64,000 bases of DNA from Podarcis erhardii. Its lineage: Eukaryota. Position 1 is the stretch's first letter. Each line of letters starts with the position of its first letter. Where the stretch lies: NCBI GenBank assembly GCA_964252035.1, contig OZ176201.1. One strand, 5' to 3'. The position numbers and the translations under genes are program-made. A model generated the notes under the pieces. The model saw only the letters and a program-made list of their open reading frames with translations. It had not been told where the DNA came from and searched no databases. Positions 1-13,314 of this stretch are shown in pieces.

Positions 1-2720
1 CTGAGGCACTCCACACACCAAGGAGTGGCGCGGTGACAATTCCCCCCCAAGCACCACCCTCGGTCCCCGACCAGAGAGAAACGAGCGCAGCCATTGAAGG
101 ACTGTGCCCTGGATCCCCACGTCGGCAAGGCGGTGGTCCAGGAGTTCGTGATTGACCATGTCTAGAGCTGCTGACAGATCTAGAAGAATCAGCAGCCCCG
201 ACCCGCATCGATCCAGCTGTCTACGAAGATCATCTGTTAAGGCAACCAGAGCCGTCTCGGTCCCATGACCAGCGTGGAAGCCAGACTGGAATGGATCCAG
301 AGCCGATGTTTTATCCAGAAACCTACCAAGCTGTTCAGCAACCGCTCTCTCAACCGCTCTTACCCAGGAATGGAAGGCGGTAATTGGATAGATCGAAACC
401 GGGTGGTAATTGGATAGATCTAAGGGATCTAATGATGTTTTCTTTAAGAGCGGGCGCACCACTGCCTCCTTCAGTTCCCCTGGGAATGTCCCGGTGCCAA
501 GGGACAAATTGATGATATCCCCCAGGGGGACACGCTCTAATCAGCCAGGACGGGCACGGGTCGAGAGGACAAGTGGTGGGCTTTCCAGCTCGGAGGAGTC
601 TGTCCACATCGGCTGGGGATATCCGGTCAAAGTGGTCCAATACTGGACCCGAGGACAGTCAAGGGGCCTCCAGTTCCTTTATTGTATCCAAATTGGCAGG
701 GAGGTCATGGCGGAGCAACAGGACCTTCTCCGCAAAAAAGCTCACAAATGCCTCACAGCTGTGTGTCAAATTGTTATTTAAATTTGGCTGTCCTTCGAGG
801 GACGTTAAAGACCGAATTATACTAAATAATTGCACCGGGCGAGAGCTAGCGGATGCAATGGAGGCCGAGAAGTAGGACTTCTTAGCGGCCTTCACTGCCA
901 TCTCGTAGGTTTTCATAAAAACCCTATAAGATGTTCTTGAAGCTCCGTCACGGGCACCCTGCCATACTCGCTCTAGCCGTCTGAGGTCCCGCTTCATTTT
1001 CCGGAGCTCCTCGGTAAACCAGGGAGCCCGGTTTCTGCGGGGTCGCAGAGGGCGCTTAGGTGCGATCTCATTGATGGCTGCCAGGAGATGGGTATTCCAG
1101 CCCTCAACAAGCTCAGTCAATGAGTCGCCAGGGGGAGAAAGGTCCCGCAAGGCTTGACGGAATCTATCAGGGTCCATCAGCCTCTGCGGCTCGCCACCTA
1201 AGCAGGGTGGGGGTGGAACGTCAATCCTGGCTTTCAGAGCGTAGTGATCAGACCATGGCACCTTCATCGAAGGAAACATGATCACATCTATACCAACGCT
1301 AAAGATCAAATCCAGCATGTGGCCTGCTTGATGTGTGGGGCCTGAAACAAACTGGGAGAGCCCTAGTGTCACCATGGAAGACATCAGGTCCAGAGCCTGT
1401 GAGGAGGGAGTGGCATCAGCATGGATGTTGAAGTCCCCCAATACCAATTGGTTAGGGAACTCCAAGGCCCAGCAGGCCACCACCTCCAGCAGGCCTGACA
1501 GGGTGGCTGCTGGTGCGCTAGGTGGCCGGTACACCAGCCAGAAAGCCAAGCTCACCTCGGAGCCCCACACTAGGCCAACATATTCAATGCCGGGGATCGA
1601 TGGCGATGGTAGAGCCCTGAAAGAACAATCTTCCCGGATTAATAATGCCACCCCTCCCCCCGGCCCACAGTCTGGGACTGGTGGAGGACGGAGAAACCCG
1701 GGGGCGCCATCTCTCGTAAGGTAACTGTTGCCCCTTCGCGCACCCAGGTCTCCGTCACACAAGCCAGGTCGACCCCCTGCGAGATGAAGAAATCTCGCAG
1801 GGTGGCGGTTTTGTTGCCTATAGACCTGGCATTGCACAACACCAGTGACAGAGGTGAGTAATCCTTGCTCACCCTACCCTCGTCTCTCGGGATGGGGCGC
1901 AGATTGGAAGGGGTATGAGCATATCCGTATCTCGATCCCCTTCGCCTATGACATCTGCCCCCACTGCCATACCTCCCTCGCCCCTCCACAGTAGGAATCC
2001 CAAGCCTCATACTCGCCTCCATTTACAAAATATAAAAGCAAACAAACAATTACACCAAAACAAAACCAATCCCCGCCCCACTCAACAACCATCCAACCCC
2101 AACCCAAAATAAAACAAAACAAAATAAAAATACATGGATAAAAACCACCGTTTGTGGTGGTACAACAAAGTAAAAAGTAAAAACACTTTTAAAACACTTT
2201 AAAATATATAAAAACATTTTAAACATTTGCTGCTGCAGCACCAGTGTCCTTAAAGTTGTGGCGGTGGTGAGTGTGGGCCCCGCCCCCTGGCCTGGTGAAG
2301 TGGGCTTGCAGGGGGAAGAGCCCTCCCTGCAAACTCACGGCGAAGCCCGAGGCCTCCTTGGAGCCTTATATGCTGAGGTGGAGTATGGGGCCCGCCCCCA
2401 GGCCCAAGGTGGAGAATGGGCTTGCAGGGAGAAGAGCCCTCCCCACAAACTCACGGCAAAGCGGCAGCAGCCATAAGAAGTCTCCCCTGCTAGGTGGTGG
2501 GGGAATTCCAGATCCCCTCCATCCCACCGGACAAGGGGTTTTGCATATCCTTTCAGGAGAAGCCAGTGCAAAGCCCCACCACACTACCAGGTGGTGAAAC
2601 CCTTCTCGCTGACTCAGTAGGAGGGGAGGCATTCCACAGAGCTTTGCCACTAGTCCCTCTCTGCTCCTAGAGGCTGGGAAGACCAACAGCAAAGCTGGGC
2701 AACGGAATAGCGTAATGCTG
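1..2720 (-). mobile_element. L2-clade LINE, 5' part (5' UTR, endonuclease, start of RT); inactivated; continues past the left edge of the window
   Basis: The minus-strand ORFs carry APE endonuclease motifs (LVLCNARSIGNK, DLACVTETW, VYRPP, LGDFNIH, GHMLDLIF, SDHY). RT motifs follow (TCPLDPCPSW, DPFQSGF, TETAL, LLDLSA, CGVPQ). Lesions: frameshift near 1655, in-frame TGA at 659-661, further indels at 340-530 and near 45. The 5' boundary is approximate. Confidence 0.93.
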
Positions 2721-4455
2721 CCTCAGAGGTGCCGCCTAAGGCAACCGCCTCACCCAGCCTCATGTAATTTCTTCTTTGTTAACAGAAGTATTCTCAGTAT
2801 AGATAAAAAGCAAAAGTGACCCACCTTTTAAAATGGAAGACATTCTTCAGTCGTGATGTAGCTCTTGCCGGGAGGAAATGTAGAGGTATTAGTATTTAAA
2901 CCTGTTTCCTAAGGCCACACAATGCACATTCCCAGTATATCAAGGGGACTGGTAAGGATTTGGAAGGGGTAGGAGAAAAAGACTGTGGAAAGGTTATTGG
3001 AGGCAAGGGGATTTTTACATGGGAGACAAAATATTTCTGCCATGGGGTTGGTCCAAATACTCTGATTTAAATTGTCTTCAGGAGACTTGCCTTGAGAGAG
3101 TATATATCATCCTAGCACATACAAAAGAATCTGGTTTTGCCTGTTGTTATTTGGCCTCGCCCACCTCTACCACTATATAACATACACGGACAGATTAGCC
3201 AGCACTGGATAAGCAAATTGACTAATTTTGTGTAGCAAAAGAGGAAATGTTTAGTTCCTCCCGATTCTCCAGCTAAGGCCGAATAAACCAGCAAAACCAC
3301 TACAGAGGACTCAGGCACATAAAGTCAATGCAAATTTCCTGCATATGCTTATTTTCCTATGCAAATCTGGCAAGCCCTAACTTTTACTTCTCCTGTAGAT
3401 TTGTCTCTGGGTGAAGTCTTAATCCACAACTGAGACAGCCTCTTTCTCCCCCTAAAAGGTGAAGAACCTATGCCGCAAGGCAAAATGTCCCAAACCTTAG
3501 TTCAGTAGGTGATATGTAATGCAAACAGCCTAAAATCAATAGACTCCTTCAAAATGCACATGCAAAATATAGTGTCTTCTATAAGCACAGAATGAGAATC
3601 AAGTTAAATTTTCTTAATGGGAGAAAAGGAAAGCAGGTAAAGGAAAGCAAGCTTACCTGGTAAGGAAGAAAGAAAAGCAGCCTTGCCTCTCCAATGTTCT
3701 TTTGACCTATGGAACTTCTGTCCCTGCCGCCTTGTCATTTGTGCTCTCTCCTCCCATATTGCAACATGGACAAGAAGAAAAACTTGTTCCACCCACCCCA
3801 GGCACCGCACACAATCAGGGAGTGTCCTTTTCGTAGATGCTGTCCTTGCTCAGGCAAACCTCATTCTGTAATCCTGGCATACCTTCTACCAGAAAGGTCT
3901 GGTTCAAAGCAGTTAGAACAATTCTGCGTCACATTTGAGATATCTTTCCCTTATTGCTCCACAGTTAGAATTAAGCCACTGAATCAAATGGTGGTCAGCT
4001 GAAGGGCAGCTCAATACTATTGGCCACCTGAGTCAAAGGACAGCCTTGCATCTCCCCACTCCCCACTCCCCATACAAGAGCTGATTGCAGTGATAGTTGA
4101 ATCTTGCTAACCTTAAGGGATAGCAGTCTGGTTGAAGGAGTGTAGTGTAAGCTGCAGGTCTCAGCACTGGCTTCCTCACTCTCCCTAATATAGAGCTGTG
4201 ATGGGTGAAAACTCCTCTTGATTCAAGAACTTGTTTTTTATTTATCAACTTTTTGGATGGGGGGATGTCCCAGAGTTCTCTCCTGGCTCGTAGAGTTTAT
4301 TCACTCATTTCATTCTTATCCCACCCTTCCTCTAAGAACTCAGGGTAGCATATAAGATATATCCCCCTCCCGCTTTGATCCTCAAAACAATCCTGCAAGG
4401 TAGGTCAGGATGAGAGTGGCTGGTCCAAAATCTGACATCTCCGGGGCCCGTAATA

Positions 4456-4706
4456 CAGTCGTACCTTGGAAGTCGAACGGAATCCATTCCAGAAGTCCGT
4501 TTGACTTCGAAAACGTTCAGAAACCAAAGCACAGCTTCTGATTGGCTGCAGGAAACTCCTGCAGCCAATTGGAAGCCACGGAAGCCTCGTTGGATGTTCA
4601 GCTTCCAAAAGAACATTTGAAAACCGGAACACTCGCTTCCAGGTTTCGATTGTTCAGGAGCTGATTTGTTCAGGAGCCAATGCGTTCAAGATCCAAGGTA
4701 TGACTC
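4456..4706. mobile_element. Tc1/mariner (Tigger-like) MITE, family A
   Basis: TIRs cagtcgtaccttgga / tccaaggtatgactc, with TA on both sides (4454-4455, 4707-4708). A related copy is at 32177-32410. Confidence 0.85.
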
Positions 4707-6905
4707 TATCAGCATCTTTAAAGGATTGTTCCCTGCAGGCCATAAACAAACAAATATTCTGAGCTAGGCAACTTCACTGTGGACTTTGTTGTCTGCTCTA
4801 GGTGGCTGCTGCTCCAGCGACAGGTATCCCATCTGTGCAAGTGACTTGATGGCATGTTCCTCTTGTGTTTCACTTGCAGCTTCTTTGCTTTGCAAGGGCA
4901 ACCTGCCTATTAGGGTCCAAAGCAGTAATAAAGTAGAAGCCAGAGGAAGAAGCCATTATGTTGCTTTCTGCCCAGAAATACCACTTCATTATGAAACGTT
5001 ACGATGGAGAACTAGGAATAATGTAGTATACTATTTTATTATTAACAAAAAGCATCTTTGGGGTGTGGATTTGTCTGCAATAGTATTACTATTCCTAGAA
5101 TGACCTCATTCAAAACCACAAACTGTAGTCAACACACGCATTCCTTTTCAGTATCACACCCACCACCTTCCCTCCAGGGTCACTATTTATCTGATGATCT
5201 GCCTTTCCATGCAGATAAATAGGTGATGTGTTGTCCACTGCTAGCATGGAGGAAATTTTTTATTATACAGCGACTTCTGTTGTCACATTAGGGAAAACAC
5301 AAGCGCCTATATATTTCCCTTTGTGGGGCAGACAGTTGCTTAGATGACATTTGTATCGGCAAACTACCCTCTCCTCCTTCCTGGGCACCGGGCTGCCAGT
5401 CTCAATTCCCTCCTCCTCCATCTGAAGGTGCTTTTTGGGGGGGGAGGGAAATACGTTTAGGGAGAATGGAGACCCACTTGCAAATCTCCATCATCTCTTC
5501 TAATTTGACCATCATAGAAAGCCTAACCACAAGTACATGTAACACATGTGTTTCACAGGGGCAGACTTTAGTCTTTCAAATTTCAATGGCACCCTGTGCA
5601 AGGCCAAAACTCGGCACCCTCCCATGTCTTGCCTTCCATCCTGATCAATTCACTATGTCATATTTTTGATATCCTGCAGCACCCGCTAGGCTCAACACCC
5701 AGTTCAGAACTCATCGTACTGCCCTAAATCCGCCTTTGTGTTTCACTTTCACTACATTTTACTTTTAGAAAGTGCTTCTAGTCTTACCATTTGTTCTCGG
5801 CACTCTGAGTATTGCCAGTTGCTTGCCTGGCTGATGAAGCCCACGCTGTCAGCAGATGTTCATAACTGACGACATTCATGTCATTCATTGTAGAAAATGT
5901 GGCCAGTAGCCATATTGTTTGAGGGGCCAATCATTCACAACACTTCATTTCTGTTTCAGGTTAGGAAAAATCACTTAACATTTTTGACAGCTCCGTAATA
6001 TGACATGAATTCAATTTTTTCTCAGCTGTTGACAGTGGATAGATTTCCATGGAATCTACTTAACAGGCTTATTAAATCTGATGCATCTGGTCCTGCTTAG
6101 CACTCCTGTCCTTTTTTCTTTAAGTATTACATGCTGTACGTAGTAAGTCACATACTAAACATACCAAGCTGCCCCTTTAATTTTGGAGCAGTCGTTAAAA
6201 CAAAAGGGAATGGGCTTGCTTCCCTCTCCCCATTCTGATGTGACTAAGTGTGTACAGGTAGGAAGCAAGGCTTGGGGAAAGATTGTGGACAGCTGGCCAC
6301 GTCAGAAACCATTGTTGTTTCCGGCAGTACCAGACCTCCAGCAGGGATAGGATGGGTGTACGAATGCACAGAAGCGACAAGCAAATAGTGCTACGGAATT
6401 GCTTTTATTAGCTGCATAATAGAAAAGAGATGTTATGTGGCCTGCAAATGGTACAATTATATTTGCATTGGGGAGATATTTCCTTCCCAGGAGCAGGGAA
6501 CTTTTGACCCTCCAGATGATGTTGGACTCCAACTCCCATCAACCCAAACAAATATGGCTAATGGTCAGGGATGATAGGTTCCCTATCCCTGCTTTAGAAT
6601 AGCACGTTCTGTCTTCTTAAATTCAAATTTACATGGCTGGTATCGCAGACATACACAAGCCTATGTTTGCTCAATCCCTGCTCAACATGCATCAGGTTTC
6701 CTGTTTTATGGAACCACCTTACTACTTCTATAACATATTTGTATGTGCATTTACTTTCAGATCAGGGCCTGCTTTTGAAAATGGTGCATACCTAAAACCC
6801 AGAGTCAACATATTCCTATGCTTTCTCACAGTATCAGGTAAGCAAGTCTCCGTGTCTCGAGGGATGACATAATCCACTTTTTAATAGGCAGGTACAAGCA
6901 GGTTC

Positions 6906-7262
6906 GGGGATGTGGGTGGCGCTGTGGGTTAAACCACAGAGCCTAGGACTTGCTGATCAGAAGGTTGGTGGTTCGAATCCCCGCGACAGGGTGAGCTCCC
7001 GTTGCTCAATCCCTGCTCCTGCCAAGCTAGCAGTTCGAAAGCACGTCAAAGTGCAAGTAGATAAATAGGCACCGCTCCAGCGGGAAGATAAATGGCGTTT
7101 CCGTGTGCTGCTCTGGTTCGCCAGAAGCGGCTTAGTCATGCTGGCCACATGACCTGGAAGCTGTACGCCGGCTCCCTCGGCCAATAAAGCGAGATGAGCG
7201 CCGCAACCCCAGAGTCGGTCACGACTGGACCTAATGGTCAGGGGTCCCCTTACCTTTACCTT
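6906..7262 (+). mobile_element. Sauria SINE, full length
   Basis: tRNA-derived head (A box ggtggcgctgtgg, B box ggttcgaatcc) and (acctt)n tail. 12-bp TSD tacaagcaggtt at 6893-6904 and 7263-7274. Confidence 0.93.
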
Positions 7263-9484
7263 TACAAGCAGGTTAAACTACTTAAATGTAGAGGCTTAGG
7301 GCCACTTCCTAGACCCAGGTCCTGCTTAAGATGATGGATTACAATAGGTTTAAGCATGCTTAACTCTCTATTAGATTGTAGCTATGGAGGGAATGGCTAG
7401 AAACAGAGACAATTGGTCAATACTGGAAACTGAGAATATCTATATTATTTTCAAAGCATTTACCCTTAATTTAATGAACACAAGACCATGCTGAATCAGG
7501 CCAATGGCCCATTTTTCTTTAGGGGAAAGATACCCTTAGGACCACCTCCTGAGTTAGCAGGAGACCTTTGCAACAGCATCCTTACTTAGCCCTGCTCATG
7601 CCCTTCCAAAACTGAGAATGAAGCTAGTCTATCATATTTCCTTCCTGCTACTTATATAACTTGACTCCACACTCATTTAATCTGAATACATTTGGCAGTG
7701 CAATTTCCCTCCTACTGTGTCCAAGCAAGGATTTGTTTTTAATTCCTGGAGGCAGCAGGATATTGACCACTCTTCCTTGGGGGTGCAAAACATTTTCTAG
7801 TGCTCTATATTTTATTTGAACAAGATTTAACAAGGAAAACTGCTGGAGAGAACACACTATTATTCCATTTGAATAAATACTCTCTCTTTTTTTCTTTATG
7901 AGTACAGCAGCAGGAGGGGTGATGCCTGCTAAGCCAGAGCATAATACAATTCCACACAGGAAGAGAAGAAAAATGATTTGATCTTGTTGATGTTTATTCA
8001 CAACTGCCACTGCTATCTCCTATTCTTGGCACCGATTTACAGTTCTACTTTTTCTCTGCGGAAGGATAACCATGAAAAAGGAGTAGGTGGGAATGCAGAA
8101 CTATGTGGGAAGCAGATGGTAGCAATAATTGGATGCTTCACAACAGCAGGAAACAAACAGTAGAGTGCACCAAAGAAATAAATTGGTATTACTGCTACAG
8201 AATAGCTAGTTAATAAATAGTCTGAACTTGGAAGAGCGAAGTAGCCCAGTCTGGGACTGGGAAATCCCAGAGAGGCTGAGAAGATCCCCCAGTTAGAAAC
8301 ATATTTGCTGTATCATGAAGTAAGAGTTTTAGAGACCTGCTGTTGCACGTTCCCACTATTAAAAAAGCAAGAGGAAAACACTCAAAATGTGTTGGGAAAT
8401 CATGTTGTTAAGTGACTGCAGAATTACATCTAATGTGCAGGGGATGGAGGAGAGAAGAGGGGGTGACAACTAGTTCCTTCCCCCCTCCTCGTCCTGGTGC
8501 CTTGGGAGAAGCCTTATAATTTCTTGAACAACCAGCAAGGCTCATCACACTACAGATCTTGGATGCTGCTTGAAGATTTTTCCATTAAAATTATTAATGC
8601 CTCTTGGGAATTGTTTTCCCTTTCCTGCAATTTAACAATACACCCCCCTTTGTTTGTGTTTACAAGGAAAAACACAGTTGCTGTGAGTCATGGTTTACGC
8701 AGAAGCTGTCAATTTCTGCAAAATTCTCTGTTCACAGGTTCCAGAGTCAGTTTATCGAGCATATATACTCTCATCTCTCTTTATATTTCGAAACACCATA
8801 TGCAGGACTGCCAGACTATGATACATAACACTGTTACCTGCTACTCCTTGGCAGGATAAAGCACACGTAAGGGAACAAGCTTTAGAGCAGTACCAAGAAG
8901 TGTGATTCACCTTTTGGTGACCCATCCTGGAGTAAGCATGCCTGCATCCTACAGACAGTGGATAGATAGCCTGGTTTTAATGGAAAACCTTCTCTTTATT
9001 GAATCACACAACAACATTTATTCTCTTTATATAATATACTGCAGATTTCACAAACATACATATTTAAAATATAGATTCTTTGGTAGAAAAAGAATCTGTC
9101 CCAAACAATAGAACATTTATCGAAAGCTGAAAGACGTTTGCCCTGATGTAGCCACGATTCTGAGTGTGCTGCTGCAACACTGCTTTTCTGAGTAACAGGG
9201 TATGCCAGTAGTCAGAGGATTTAGAAATCAGAGCAGTTTGAAGGCTGAAAAAGATGCTAAAAATATTACAACAAACCAGGGATAAGCAACATGGTGCCCT
9301 CCAGATGGTGCAACTACTATCATCCCTATTGGGGATGTTGCCCAACAACATCAAGAGGGCACCATGTTCACTACCCTGGCAATAGACCAATTCTGATAAA
9401 GATGGTGGAAAATTCACTCTTAAAATAACAGAAAAGTTGGGGGTTGGACTAATGACCCTTCCAACTCCATGATACCATTTCAAA

Positions 9485-9592
9485 GGGCTGTATCCAATGC
9501 TAGTCCTACTCAGAGTAGACCCATTGAAATTAACAGATATGTTGACTTAAGTTCATTAATTTCAATGAGTAAGACTTAATTGGATGCAACCC
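9485..9592. repeat. Short palindromic interspersed repeat (MITE-like)
   Basis: Inverted ends gggctgtatccaa / ttggatgcaaccc. Related fragments lie near 12980-13030 and 36860-36930. Confidence 0.5.
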
Positions 9593-10588
9593 AAGCCTTT
9601 TCCCTTACTAGTCAAGCACTCGTTTTATTCTCTAAGTGGGGCAAATCATAGCAAGTTGCTTGGTTGTTTAATACAAAAATATTCAGGGTGTTCCTCCCAA
9701 ATTGCAAGCACAAAGGGGGAGTGGGGGAGGAAAGCTTTCCCATAGCCGTGCAAGATATAAACAATGCAAAGTAATAATTCTATAAAAATAATTCTGTCCT
9801 GAAAGTCTTGGGGCCTGTCCATATGAATCAGCAACAAACCTTTGCCTAGGCATCTAGGCAGGGATCCCACACTCCTGAATACAATGGCCCAAGAGCATTC
9901 AGCCACTTGGGATAGGGCCAAGAGGAACAAAATACGACTGCCAACTACGTTCATTTAGCCTATATTAGCTTTTTATTAGCTAGTTCTCTTTGAGCTACTT
10001 TTCATCGATCACCGGAAAGCTAGACATTCCAAGTATATTGGCCAAATCTGGTCTACGTTTCTGTTCTATCCAAACAAGTAAGCTCAAAGAAACAGTGTCA
10101 CTTGAAGAGTGATTTTTTTAGACTTCCCAATTTGTCTCTAAGGTTTGATTAATAAAAGAGACAAGGCTAGGAAGATAAGGGGCTGATCCAGGCCTTTAAT
10201 GAAATCTCTTTAAAACACACATACTTGTAGTGTAACCCCATGTTTGTTCACTTGGAAGGAAGTCACACTGTGTCCTGTGGAACTTACTCCCGTGTAACTG
10301 TGCCCAGTATTGCAACCTTAATGATTCTTTCTCCAGGAACCTCTGGGGAAAAAACATTAACCGGCACAGTGACAAAGCTGCCCCATACTTTGAACTTGCA
10401 ACGTTGTCTGCACTTTATCTTCCTTGCTAGCCTAGGCAGATAAATGATGGCCATTCAGCAAGTTATTACTGGTCAGTGAAACACAGTCAAAACGTTTTGT
10501 ATTTTGTTACAAGCTCCTATTATTTTGCTGAACCGGGGAGGTGCCGTTTATGCCGGCTGGGGCACTGCTCTAGGTGCAGAGATTTGAT

Positions 10589-10831
<243 letters not shown>

Positions 10832-10867
10832 TTATGCAACAAAAGGCATCTAGGAGAAAGGGCTGAG

Positions 10868-10870
<3 letters not shown>

Positions 10871-10916
<46 letters not shown>

Positions 10917-11950
10917 TTTTTATTTATACCCCGCCCTCCCCAGCCAAGGCCGGGCTCAGAGCGGCTTACAAACAATAATAAAAACAAGAAGAATGATTAC
11001 AACTTAAAAACAAAAATAAAATACAACATTAAAATAATGGAACATTAAAATATTAAAATGCAGCCTCATCGCAGGAGGAGAAGGAAAAGAAAAAGAGAGA
11101 GAGAGGGAGGGAGGGAATCAAATTGGCTCCAAGCCAAAGGCCAGGCGGAACAACTCTGTCTTACAGGCCCTGCGGAAAGAAATCAGATCCTGCAGGGCCC
11201 TGGTCTCATTAGGCAGAGCGTTCCACCAGGCCGGAGCCAGAGTTGAAAAGGCCCTGGCTCTGGTTGAAGCCAATCTAACTTCCTTAGGGCCCAGGACCAC
11301 TAGGGTGTTGTTATTTATGGACCTTGAGGCTCTCCGTGGGGCATACTGGGAGAGGCGGTCCCGTAGGTACGAGGGTCCTAGGCCGTGAAGGGCTTTAAAT
11401 GTCAAAAGCAGCACCTTAAATCTGACCCTGTACTCCACTGGGAGCCAGTGCAGCTTGAAAAGCACTGGGTGAATATGCTCCCATGGCAGAGACCCCATGA
11501 GGAGCCTCGCTGCAGCATTCTGTACCCGCTGGAGTTTCTGGGACAGCTTCAAGGGCAGCCCCGCATAGAGCGAATTACAGTAGTCAAGCCTGGAGATGAC
11601 CGTCACATGGATCACTGTGGCCAAGTCGGGGCAGGAAAGGTAAGGGACCAACTGCTTGATGCGACGAAGGTGGAAAAATGTCGCCTTGGCTCTTACTGTA
11701 ACCTGCTCCTCCATGGAAAGGGAGGCGTCAAGGATTACACCCAAACTCTTAACGGAAGGCAATGGCACTAATTGGGCCCCCACAAGAGAAGGGAGTTGGT
11801 CCCTCATCCCCATGCCATCCCGACCTAGCCATAGGACCTCTGTCTTCGAAGGATTTAGTTTCAATCGGCTCCCACAAAACCATCCAGCCACAGCTTCCAA
11901 GCATCTGGTCAGTGTGTTCGGGGTCGAGTCGGTGTGGCCATCACATATAG
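10871..11950 (-). mobile_element. L2 LINE, 5'-truncated, with 3' UTR and (TTA)15 tail
   Basis: Uninterrupted 278-aa ORF 11118-11954 with L2 RT C-terminal motifs (LKLNPSKTE, KSLGVILD, SRLDYCN, LQRVQNAAARL, LHWLPV, RAFS). Microsatellite tail at 10871-10915. Confidence 0.93.
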
Positions 11951-12433
11951 CCATGTCCCGTCTGGTAGCCTACATACCATCTTCATTGAAGAGCTATACC
12001 CACCCTCCACCCACTGTCATTTGAGCAGATAGTTCATATACTTTCTACATCTGCAATCCATAAGAGTTTGGGGAGTATTAAAGATTATTTTTGTTCCAAA
12101 AATCCAGATTAAAGTTTTACAGCATAACCTCCCGCAGTCTAAATGAGCAGTCAGAAATATTTCTCAACATCTTATCCTCTGCTTGCCACCCAATCAGCAC
12201 AACAGAAAGATTACACCACACTTAGCTCTTTCAGTAATGAGATTTCAGAAACTAGTTACATAATATGAACCAGATGCTGTAACTTTATGACAATATTCAC
12301 ACACACACACAAGATTTCTCAACTTATTCTTTCTTCACTCCAGTCATCAGCCAGCCCACCTCAGACAAAGTCATAGCCAGTAAAAATATACATTGTTTAA
12401 CTAGCTAAAATGTTCAAGTACATTGCAACTGAC

Positions 12434-12487
12434 CTCCAAAAACACTCCAGTGATTAAAGGGTTAAGGACATCTGCCTTCTCTTCCAC
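12434..12487 (-). CDS. FAM114A2: FAM114A2 coding exon 12: VEEKADVLNPLITGVFLE
   Basis: 54 nt with AG/GT boundaries, phase 0/0. Matches ADVLNPLIT. Too short for the ORF track. Confidence 0.93.
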
Positions 12488-13241
12488 CTGGAAAGATTGG
12501 ATATTTTAGGTTGCATTACCAAACACAGCACAAAACCTCTTGAATATTATCTGATCTCCAGTCCAAAAATGATTTAAAGATACACTGATTAAATCAGCTG
12601 ATAATCCATCTCACATTATTTGAAAATGCAGCTCTGATGTATTTCACATCAAGAACATGTTACATACAAAGTAAAGTCAGTTTCTCAGATGAGCTTGCAA
12701 AAATTAAAACAACAGCTGTATTACTGGGGCATCCCGCTACTTGAGAGAGAAAAAGGTCAGTATGAACCAAGAGTACTGAGGGGGCTACCAGAAATTATGA
12801 ACAGGAAGTTCATAATATGCAGTCAATGTCAGCCGCCAAAGGAGGGGGGGGGGCATAGAAACCAAGAAGATATCTCTAAAATAAGCATAGTGCAAAATGG
12901 ACATTTTCCACAGATGTTGCTAAACAACAGTTTGCAAAATACTGTTATCTCACTAAGTCATATTATGATATTAATGGACTTGAATCCAATGATTTTAGTT
13001 GGTCTACTCTCTGAGTATGACTAACTAGATTATCACCCTATGGATTCCCCCCCCCTTCTTTTCTTTTTTTTAAAAACCTTTTAATAAAGAGAGAGTAAAG
13101 TCTAGAACTGACTGCTGCAGCCACAAGAGACCGTAGGGTGCCTCCTATTTAAAACAGCAAAACAAAGGGAAATCCAGCTTTTCAGATAACTGAAGTAAGA
13201 TCATACCATTGTCCAACAACTCTTTAAACTTGACTTCTTAC

Positions 13242-13314
13242 CCCAGCAGCTGTTAAGCACGTCACAAAGCCTTTAGATACAGCCGATAGTTCTTTGCACA
13301 ACACAATGGTCATT
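13242..13314 (-). CDS. FAM114A2: FAM114A2 coding exon 11: (Q)MTIVLCKELSAVSKGFVTCLTAAG
   Basis: 73 nt, AG/GT boundaries, phase 2/0. Confidence 0.94.

Noticed and set aside
6906-7000. tRNA-like A and B boxes, here and at the other SINE heads
   Set aside because: They are Sauria SINE heads followed by SINE body, tail and TSD, with no complete cloverleaf. They are not tRNA genes.
7648-8010. 120-aa minus-strand ORF with a signal-peptide-like hydrophobic stretch
   Set aside because: It starts at GTG, has no recognisable family or convincing splice context, and its length is compatible with chance.
12689-13024. 111-aa ATG ORF antisense within a FAM114A2 intron
   Set aside because: No recognisable homology. 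It runs through a G homopolymer and ends in a repeat fragment.
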